Part shown: in pieces, positions 56,961 through 64,000 of the stretch
Layout: every line of letters begins with the position of its first letter
How positions within the stretch are numbered: position 1 is the stretch's first letter
Assembly: GCA_965200315.1 (NCBI GenBank)
Contig: OZ241362.1
Coordinates: forward strand, 2,144,001 to 2,208,000
Length of the DNA stretch: 64,000 bases
Direction: 5' to 3'
DNA from: Candidatus Latescibacterota bacterium
GTDB lineage: Bacteria > Latescibacterota > UBA2968 > UBA8231
The notes under the pieces: generated by a model
Databases searched by the model: none
What the model saw: only the letters and a program-made list of their open reading frames with translations
Told to the model about the DNA's origin: nothing
Program-made: the position numbers and the translations under genes

Positions 56961-58889
56961 TTGCGCGATTTTGGATCCATCACCCATCACTCCCGCGTTG
57001 CGTCGGCTGTTCGCTGGCTACTCTGTCCTCTCGTTGTTCTTGCTGCCTGTGCAGTGCAAGATCCGGATGACAGGCTTCAACCTGAGCTCAGCCGAAGGCC
57101 GCTGGCCCAAGTCGGCACGGAGCTGATTACCGAGCGGGACTATCGCCGTTTTGTCGCCGGGCTGCCCGAGTGGACCCAAAGCGCGGCCAAAGGCAGCGAC
57201 CAAGTGCGCGACTACCTGCAATCCCTCGTCGATCGCGCCCTCATCTTGCGCGCAGCGCGAGCGCAAAAAGCAGAGCAAAGCGCGGCCGTGCAAAAAAACA
57301 TGGCAGTAGCACTGCGGCTGAAAGTGGGTCAGGCGATGGAGCAGCGCTATATCCGACCCGCCGTCTCGGTCAGCGAAGCAGAGCTGCGAAGCGAATTCAC
57401 CGTGCGGGGATGGGAGCGGCAGCTCAAGATCGCCCACATTTTCGTGCGGACGCCAGCGCGAGCCGAAGCGGCCCTAGCCGCCCTGCAAGCGGGCCGGGCC
57501 TTTGCAGAAGTGGCGCACGAGTTTTCGCAAAACCGTACCTCGGCGGCGCACGGCGGAGAAAAGCCTTACTACTACAGCCGCATCAATGCCATCCCCGCCG
57601 TGCGCGACTCCTTGTTCAGCTTGCCCAAGGGCGCAATATCGGCGATTCTCCCCGTGCCCAAGGGGTACGAAATTTTCAAGATCCTCGACGAGCGCACCGC
57701 TTCCTATGAGCAAATGCGGCCGCAAGTCCTCAAGGCCGTTATGAGGGAGCGGTTGCAGGCGCGGCGGCGGGCGTACATCGACTCGCTGGCCGAGCAGTTC
57801 CAATGGCAGGAGGTTGCCGAGGGCATGGAGCGGCTCACGCGCATCTTGCACAGCGGCGCACAAGAGGGCGATAAGAAGGTATTTTACCTCGCGGAGGCAG
57901 ACGCCGCGGCCGCGCTGTACACGTACCAAGGCGGCGCGATCACCTTGGGGGAGGCGGTGAGCCGCTCGCAGTTCATCCGCCAAGGGCGGTATGTGGAAGA
58001 CCGTCTGAAGGTGGCACACTACTTGGAACGCGACGTGAAGGTGCCACAGCTTCTCCTGCTGCAAGGCCGCGCCTTGGAAATCGACCAAGAGCCGGCGATC
58101 GCCGGCTGGCTCGAGCGCAAAAAGGAAGAAATCCTCATCCGCGAAATGCGGCGTCTCGCCACAGCTCACCAGAAGCCGATAACCGAGCAAGAGATGCGCG
58201 CTCACTACGAAGCGCACCCGAGGAGTTACCAGACTTCGTCCATGGTAGAAGTCGTGGAAATACAGGTCGAGGAAGCGGACCAAGCGCGGGAATTGCTATC
58301 CCAGATGCGCGCCGACCGGCAGCGGGCCGCGCCGCTGATTGCCCTCCTCGCCGACATAAAAAAGGACAGGCGTGCGGTAAGCGCGTTGCAAAGTCTCAAC
58401 GGTGAACTCGCGGTATATGCCTATCTCAAGCAGCGTCTGAGCGATCCACTGGGCACAGCGCAAGTCGCCGCGGAAATTGCAAGCGCAGCCGAGCCAGCAG
58501 ACCTCGCCGAAACCTACATCGCGCGTCAACTCGCAGCCGTCCACAGCGTGCGCCACGGCAGTCGCGAAGCCGAGGGCCTCTACCAACTCTACTGGCACGA
58601 GACGCCGAGCTTTGGCCCCCTCGTCAAAGCGGCCATGGAGGCCGAGGTCGGCGCACTCATTGGTCCGGTAGAACACCACGGCCTGTACTCGATCGCCAAA
58701 ATCGCGGGGCGCACAGCAGCGGGGCGGCAGCCTTTTGCGGAAATACAGAAGCGCATCGAACACACCTTGCGGCGCAACCGCGAAAACGAACTGTTCGGGC
58801 AGTGGCTGCAAGCGTTGCGCACCGACGCCGCAGACGAAGTGGTCTTCTTCGACGACAACATCGAAGCACTGGGGCAGGACGCGCCGTGA
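56961..58889 (+). CDS. PpiC/SurA-like peptidyl-prolyl isomerase lipoprotein
   Basis: Lipobox VLAAC; HIFV...AE..L..L..G..FAEVA..FS; two SurA_N/rotamase-like repeats. Start uncertain. Confidence 0.8.
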   Translation: MRDFGSITHHSRVASAVRWLLCPLVVLAACAVQDPDDRLQPELSRRPLAQVGTELITERDYRRFVAGLPEWTQSAAKGSDQVRDYLQSLVDRALILRAARAQKAEQSAAVQKNMAVALRLKVGQAMEQRYIRPAVSVSEAELRSEFTVRGWERQLKIAHIFVRTPARAEAALAALQAGRAFAEVAHEFSQNRTSAAHGGEKPYYYSRINAIPAVRDSLFSLPKGAISAILPVPKGYEIFKILDERTASYEQMRPQVLKAVMRERLQARRRAYIDSLAEQFQWQEVAEGMERLTRILHSGAQEGDKKVFYLAEADAAAALYTYQGGAITLGEAVSRSQFIRQGRYVEDRLKVAHYLERDVKVPQLLLLQGRALEIDQEPAIAGWLERKKEEILIREMRRLATAHQKPITEQEMRAHYEAHPRSYQTSSMVEVVEIQVEEADQARELLSQMRADRQRAAPLIALLADIKKDRRAVSALQSLNGELAVYAYLKQRLSDPLGTAQVAAEIASAAEPADLAETYIARQLAAVHSVRHGSREAEGLYQLYWHETPSFGPLVKAAMEAEVGALIGPVEHHGLYSIAKIAGRTAAGRQPFAEIQKRIEHTLRRNRENELFGQWLQALRTDAADEVVFFDDNIEALGQDAP

Positions 58890-59764
58890 TCCAACGCGAA
58901 CTTCGCAAGCTGATCGCGCCTCTGCTCGGGCCGGCACTCGTACTGCACATCGCGTTCTTTGTGCTGCCGGTGTGCAATGCCTTCTACTATTCGCTGACTT
59001 CGTGGTCGGGCGTATCGCCGCAAAAGGAGTACATCGGCCTCGCCAATTTTATGCGCGCCTTTGCCGATCACACCTTTCTCACGGCCCTAGAGAACGTCTT
59101 TTTGTTTGGCATCCTCGGGTTCTTAGTCGTCTTTCCGTTGAGCCTGCTGTTTGCGGTGATTCTCTCCAAAAAGCCGCCCTTTGCCGGCTTTCTAAAATTC
59201 GTCGTCTTTGCCCCCACCCTGCTCTCGGTCGTGGTCACCGCCGTGCTGTGGGGCAGCATCTACAACCCGGTCATCGGCCTGCTCAACGAAACCCTGCGCA
59301 GCGCCGGGCTAGACGCGCTCACTCGGCCTTGGCTGGGCAGCCGCCACAACGCCCTGCCGGCCATTGCCGTCGCCATGATCTGGCAGGGGCTGGGCACCTA
59401 CGTGATCCTATTTTTGGCGGGCCTGCAAAAGATCCCGCTCAGTTTTTACGAGTCCGCCGAGCTGGATGGGGCCAATGCTTGGCAGCAATTTTGGCACGTG
59501 ACCCTGCCGCTTTTGTGGGACGTCGTGCAGATTCTGGTGATTTTCTGGATCATCGGCGCCTTTCAGGCTTTTGCCCTCATCTTCGTCATCACGCGCGGCT
59601 ATCCCAACGTCATCGAGGTGCTGGGAACCTACATCTATTGGGCCGGCTTTCAGGGGCAAAGCATTGGCTATGCCTCGGCCATGGGGGTCGTCATGTTCTT
59701 CCTCGTATTGGCGTTTAGCCTCGCAGTCAATCGCCTGATGCGCCGCGAAAGCGTGGAATACTAA
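58886..59764 (+). CDS. Carbohydrate ABC transporter permease 1
   Basis: YIGLANF, AGLQKIP..FYESAELDGA, IGYASAMG. GTG start overlaps the upstream stop. Confidence 0.92.
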   Translation: MIQRELRKLIAPLLGPALVLHIAFFVLPVCNAFYYSLTSWSGVSPQKEYIGLANFMRAFADHTFLTALENVFLFGILGFLVVFPLSLLFAVILSKKPPFAGFLKFVVFAPTLLSVVVTAVLWGSIYNPVIGLLNETLRSAGLDALTRPWLGSRHNALPAIAVAMIWQGLGTYVILFLAGLQKIPLSFYESAELDGANAWQQFWHVTLPLLWDVVQILVIFWIIGAFQAFALIFVITRGYPNVIEVLGTYIYWAGFQGQSIGYASAMGVVMFFLVLAFSLAVNRLMRRESVEY

Positions 59765-59766
59765 CG

Positions 59767-60594
59767 ATGCGCCGCTGGTCCAAGCTACTGGCCATCCTGT
59801 TCATGGGGGGCTATTGCCTAAGTTCCCTAATCGCCCTGTTCTGGGTGACTTATACCTCCTTTAAGACCAATCCCGAGTTCTTCGCCAGCACTTGGTCCCT
59901 GCCCGCCGAATTGCGCTGGAGCAATTACGCGTACGCGTGGGACAACGCCGAAATTGGCCGCTACTTTTTTAACACGGCCTACATCACCGCGCTCGCCACG
60001 AGCGGCACTCTAGTAGTATCGGCCATGGCAGCATACGTCCTATCGCGGGTAACTTTCCGGTTCAGTCGATTCACCTTCTATCTCTTTCTGTCGGCCATGA
60101 TGGTGCCGCCCATGCTGTACCTCTTCCCGCTCTTTGTGCAGATGCGGTATATGCACCTAACCAACAGCCACTTTGGTTTGATCGTGCTCTACATCGCCAC
60201 CGGGCTGCCCTTTTCGATCTTTGTCCTGACGGGTTTTTTCCGCACCCTGCCGACCGAAATGGAAGAGGCCGCGCTGATCGACGGGGCCTCGCCGTGGCGC
60301 ACCTTCTGGACGATCGCCCTGCCTTTGGCCAAGCCCGGGCTCATCGCGGTTTCCATCTTCAACTGCATCAACTACTGGAACGAGTTCTTCTGGTCGCTCA
60401 TCCTCCTCCGCACCGGCAAGCTCTACACGCTGGCGCGCGGCCTGCAAACCCTGTTCTGGAACATGTCAACCGAATCGCGCTGGACCGAGTTATTTGCCGG
60501 TCTGGTGATCGTCATGCTGCCCTTGATCGTGGTGTTCATCCTGTTGCAAAACCGCATCACAGAGGGTCTAACCGTCGGCGCGCTGAAAGGATAA
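59767..60594 (+). CDS. Carbohydrate ABC transporter permease 2
   Basis: SFKT, WSNY, EMEEAALIDGA, WNEF, GLTVGALKG. Confidence 0.92.
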   Translation: MRRWSKLLAILFMGGYCLSSLIALFWVTYTSFKTNPEFFASTWSLPAELRWSNYAYAWDNAEIGRYFFNTAYITALATSGTLVVSAMAAYVLSRVTFRFSRFTFYLFLSAMMVPPMLYLFPLFVQMRYMHLTNSHFGLIVLYIATGLPFSIFVLTGFFRTLPTEMEEAALIDGASPWRTFWTIALPLAKPGLIAVSIFNCINYWNEFFWSLILLRTGKLYTLARGLQTLFWNMSTESRWTELFAGLVIVMLPLIVVFILLQNRITEGLTVGALKG

Positions 60595-60615
60595 TTGAGA
60601 ATTTGTACTTCGTAA

Positions 60616-60805
60616 CTGACGTTGCGCATTGTAGGGGCGACCTTTATGGTTGCCCGCCTTGGCGCTGGTGGGCTGAATGCGTCGATGCCTCGATTCCCGC
60701 ATGCGCGGGAATGACCCGGGCGACGGGGGGAAGAATGGGAACTCGGCTTCGACAAGCTCAACTAGCGGGACGATCCAGCCCCGGCTCATTCCTGCGTAAC
60801 ACCAG
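60616..60805. mobile_element. 190-bp MITE with 7-bp TTCGTAA target duplication
   Basis: Ends CTGACGTTGCGCA / TGCGTAACACCAG; TTCGTAA at 60609-60615 and 60806-60812; contains a GTAG REP and a dRS3-like hairpin. Confidence 0.72.
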
Positions 60806-60828
60806 TTCGTAATTCGCAATTGACAGGT

Positions 60829-62133
60829 ATGAAACGCCGAGATGTTCTCAAATACCTTGCTGCCGCTTTCGCCGGTGGATGCGGCCGCTATCTGCCCGGG
60901 GAAAATGTGCTGGAGATAGCCAACCTCCAGCCGCCTGCCGCCCAAGTGCCGATCAACCAGCTCATGTGGCGGGCCATAGAGCACTTCCGCGAGACGCATC
61001 CAGATGTCCAAGTCGAGCCCGCTAGCGGCGGCGGCGGCGGCTACCAAGAATTGATGATCCGCGTCATGGAGGGGCACCCGCCGGACATCATGTCTTTTGC
61101 CACGGCCGAGACCGGCCTGACCTACGCCTACGTCGAACAGGGGCACGTCCTCGATATAACCGAGCATCTCCAGCGGCCCTCTTGGGATACCCCGGGCAAA
61201 ACTTGGCTGGAGACCATTGACCCCCTATACCGAGGGCCGCTGACGTACCAAGGCCGCTATTACGCCATCCCCCAAAACGTGATTTCCCTTCAGGTGTATT
61301 GTAACGCCGAGCTGTACCAACGCGCCGGTGCCAGCCTCAACCCGCAGACTTGGGATCAGTTTCTCGACAACTGCGAGCGCCTCAAGCGCGCCGGCATAGT
61401 TCCCATTACCCAAGACGGCATCCACTGGTACACGAGCTGGTGGTTCGATCACCTAGCCCAGCGCATCCTCGGTGCCGACAAGGTGCGCCAAGCCTTCCGC
61501 GATCCCCAGCGCCGGACCCCATGGACCGAACCCGGGTTTCTCCAAGCTGCCCGCATGGTCGAACAGATGCTGAATCGAGGGTATTTCGCCGAGGGGTTTG
61601 CCGGCCTCAATCACATTGAGTCCGAGCTTTTGTTTTGGCAGGGGCGAGCGGCGACCGTCTTTGTCGGCAGTTGGTTTACCAGCGGCCGAACCGCAATAAT
61701 CGGGAAGGACTTTCCCCTGTACGCCTTTCGCTTTCCCGCAGTCGAGGGCGGGCGCGGAAATCCGCACGACCTGATCGGCACGGTCAACACCCAGAGCATC
61801 CCCTCTCTGGCCCGCCAGCCCGAGCGGGCAGCGGAGTTTCTGCGCTTGGTCAACAGCCACTGGTTCCAAGAGCAGATGGTGCAACAGGCCCAGATGATCA
61901 GCCCGCTCGTTGGGATGCCGCTGCCCGGCATCCAACAAGGCTTAGATCAGATCCTCGCCAAAACCGAGCAGTTCTACTCATTTTCCTTTGGGCTAGAAGG
62001 GGCGCACCCGTTCTTGTATCGCCAATACTGGAACGAGTGGAACCAGTTCATGGTGGCGCGCGAGCTGTCGGCCCTCCAGCTCGTGGAAAACCTCGAAAGT
62101 ATATTTACCCGTTATTACGGACACTTGGGGTAG
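60829..62133 (+). CDS. Sugar ABC transporter substrate-binding lipoprotein (Tat signal)
   Basis: KRRDVLK twin-arginine motif plus AGGC lipobox; G.PPDI, YAIP, PQTWDQF, F.QG.A....GSW. Confidence 0.88.
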   Translation: MKRRDVLKYLAAAFAGGCGRYLPGENVLEIANLQPPAAQVPINQLMWRAIEHFRETHPDVQVEPASGGGGGYQELMIRVMEGHPPDIMSFATAETGLTYAYVEQGHVLDITEHLQRPSWDTPGKTWLETIDPLYRGPLTYQGRYYAIPQNVISLQVYCNAELYQRAGASLNPQTWDQFLDNCERLKRAGIVPITQDGIHWYTSWWFDHLAQRILGADKVRQAFRDPQRRTPWTEPGFLQAARMVEQMLNRGYFAEGFAGLNHIESELLFWQGRAATVFVGSWFTSGRTAIIGKDFPLYAFRFPAVEGGRGNPHDLIGTVNTQSIPSLARQPERAAEFLRLVNSHWFQEQMVQQAQMISPLVGMPLPGIQQGLDQILAKTEQFYSFSFGLEGAHPFLYRQYWNEWNQFMVARELSALQLVENLESIFTRYYGHLG

Positions 62134-62429
62134 AATTGAAGGCAGGACGCGGGTCGCGCATCCGCTATATACCTCCAAGGAGGCTATCTTCCACCGCCCA
62201 CAGCCACAGCCAGATATGGACAAAGGAGCGTTGAAGTCCATGCGGCGCTTCTTGCGACAAGCAGGCGTAGAACCAGAGGTAGGAAATCATGCTGAACCAT
62301 AGGCCATGTCGAGTTCGACGACGAGGCGGGCCTCCTTCATGGCGAGGTGCTAGATCTCAAAGACGTCGTCACGTTTCAAGGACAGCTAAAGAACTAGAGC
62401 GAGCCTTTCGAGAATCGGTAGATAAATGA
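62125..62429 (+). pseudogene. Degraded hicA-hicB toxin-antitoxin pair
   Basis: Fragments in shifted frames: LGVELKAGRGSRIR and IFHRPQPQPDMDKGALKSMRRFLRQAGVEP (HicA-like); GHVEFDDEAGLLHGEVLDLKDVVTFQG and ELERAFRESVD (HicB-like). Confidence 0.75.
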
Positions 62430-62668
62430 TAGTGCAGAAGGGTATAATGATGAAGGTGAGAGTACGGTGATCTACGGCTTTAATGAACTACTCAATCACT
62501 TCAACAAACTCTAGAGGCAATCCGAAATCCATGTCCATAACCAAGGCCGGAGGGCCGAGATCGCCAGCCCATTCAAATTGATCCAGCATACGTCGGAAAG
62601 AGGCTACGGCAATGTAGGGAGTCGGTCAGCAGAAGGCTGGTCCAACTCGTCTCCCCAACCGCTAACCG

Positions 62669-63499
62669 CTATGCGCCAGCGCGGTCGATCCACTTATAGG
62701 CGGCTTTGGCGTTGCGCCAGAAAAACTTTTCCGTCGCCTCTTTGCCGCGTGCGGTAAAATACGTCATCACCAAGCGCTGTATGTCAGCGTACTTGCGACC
62801 ACTGCGGTCGGATACCGGCCAGTCGCTGCCGTAAATCAGCCGGTCCTCCCCGAACATATCCCATAGCGCGTCGAGCACCGGGGCGTAAAAGTCCACGTCC
62901 GTCGGCGCTGGCTTGACTTGGCTGCGCAAATCCATCAGCCCCGACACCTTGCAATAGACCTGCGGATGCGCCGCGGCCTGGCGCATCAATTCCAACCGCG
63001 CCGGATCGGGCGGCTGGCCGTCGATCGGGATGCCGCCGATGTGGTTTATGACGATGCGCAACTCGGGGAAGCGCTCCGCCAGCGCGGGCACGCCCTCGTG
63101 CAAACCCGTATCCAGTTCCAGATCGTTGGCTACTAGCATCTCAGCAGCGGCCAAGCCGTGACTTTCCGTTGCATGTACGCGAGCGCGGATGCCGACGAAG
63201 ACCGGATCGGCGGCAAAGCGCTCCAAGTGAGCGGCAAAGTCCGGGTCGTCGGGCTCGAGGTGGCCGACCAATCCCACGATGAAGGGATCGGCGGCGGCCA
63301 AGTCGAGTACCCACTGGTTGTCCTCGACCCACGGGCTGCACTCGACCATGACCGTGCCCGTCACGCCCTCGGGAACGGCCAAAGCCTTGTAGTCTTCGGG
63401 CAGCGCACGCCGGTAGAGAATCTCGTCGTCTTTTTCCGGCCAAGGCACACCTTGGGGTCGGAACGGATCGTAGAAATGGGTGTGGGTATCAATGATCAT
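62669..63499 (-). CDS. Amidohydrolase family 2 (sugar lactonase-like)
   Basis: IIDTHTHFYD, IVINHIG, KVSGL, RLIYGSDWPV; RBS AAAGGAG. Confidence 0.88.
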   Translation of the reverse strand: MIIDTHTHFYDPFRPQGVPWPEKDDEILYRRALPEDYKALAVPEGVTGTVMVECSPWVEDNQWVLDLAAADPFIVGLVGHLEPDDPDFAAHLERFAADPVFVGIRARVHATESHGLAAAEMLVANDLELDTGLHEGVPALAERFPELRIVINHIGGIPIDGQPPDPARLELMRQAAAHPQVYCKVSGLMDLRSQVKPAPTDVDFYAPVLDALWDMFGEDRLIYGSDWPVSDRSGRKYADIQRLVMTYFTARGKEATEKFFWRNAKAAYKWIDRAGA

Positions 63500-63533
63500 C
63501 GAAATCGCTCCTTTTTTAAGTATGCCGCACAGC

Positions 63534-64000
63534 TCATTTACCGTCCGCAGAGGACGGTTGCACCGCATCCTGCTCCGTAGGCATACGCCAGTTTTGCGCC
63601 TCATCTAACGTAATAGTGCGAAAATCGGGCATCCGGTCGGCGTCGCGGTCCTGATGCTGATGGCCACCTAGGATGTACATCGAGTGCTTGCGCCCCGACC
63701 CCGGGCGGTCGGCGTCGAGCAGCCGGAATCCTATATGCAGCGTCTGGCCCGGCGCGAAAACGTGCCGCTTGCTCTCCTCATGGCTGGCCCCCAGCACATC
63801 CCACAAGGCCGCTTTCCACTCAAAGGTATATTCGACGTGCAAAGTGCCGTTGGCCGCGTCGGGCGGGCGCATCGTCCAAGCGATGTCGAAGTGGGGTTTG
63901 TGCATCGCCCACAGGAACTCCTCTAAGAAAGGATCGTGGTGCTGGTCGAGAAAGCCGGCCTGGCCGTGGGGCAGGCGCGGGTGCTTCAACGGCAGCACCC
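63534..64000 (-). CDS. Hypothetical protein, 3' part (possibly CBM9-like)
   Basis: Open frame running off the window edge; EYTFEW...GQTLHIGFRLLDAD resembles the C-terminal half of 55952..56836. Confidence 0.5.
   Translation of the reverse strand, partial: VLPLKHPRLPHGQAGFLDQHHDPFLEEFLWAMHKPHFDIAWTMRPPDAANGTLHVEYTFEWKAALWDVLGASHEESKRHVFAPGQTLHIGFRLLDADRPGSGRKHSMYILGGHQHQDRDADRMPDFRTITLDEAQNWRMPTEQDAVQPSSADGK

Overview
GC-rich bacterial window. The secreted proteins with T9SS-like C-terminal domains and a WGxxK tail suggest an FCB-group lineage such as Latescibacterota (inference, not verified). Contents from left to right: a PIN toxin 3' end; a MacAB/Yip1-type exporter operon split by an AAA+ ATPase and a repeat cluster; a BtrH-like gene behind a highly structured leader; DUF1854 plus two Zn-ribbon ABC transporters; APS reductase; a sulfatase; murD; a housekeeping/LPS-like run (GT2, argC, tatD, Wza/Wzz-like, dut); a low-GC Panacea cassette; a xanthine-dehydrogenase-family Mo enzyme operon; a ~19 kb minus-strand cluster of secreted paralogues ending in an (F/A)TPNGDGIN(D/E) domain, together with a putative outer-membrane partner and a DUF6785-like transporter; a PpiC lipoprotein plus sugar ABC transporter; and an amidohydrolase. 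Main discoveries: (1) two small genes that the ORF track splits at an in-frame TGA lying at a Cys-equivalent position and followed by a SECIS-like hairpin, i.e. candidate selenoproteins, each next to a redox partner (an ArsC/Trx-fold UxxC protein after APS reductase; a DUF5069-like protein before an FNR-type oxidoreductase); (2) the CTD-protein surface cassette; (3) an unassigned promoter-proximal structured RNA; (4) two MITE families with target-site duplications. No rRNA, tRNA, CRISPR array or transposase was seen. All family assignments are from motif recognition, not database searches.
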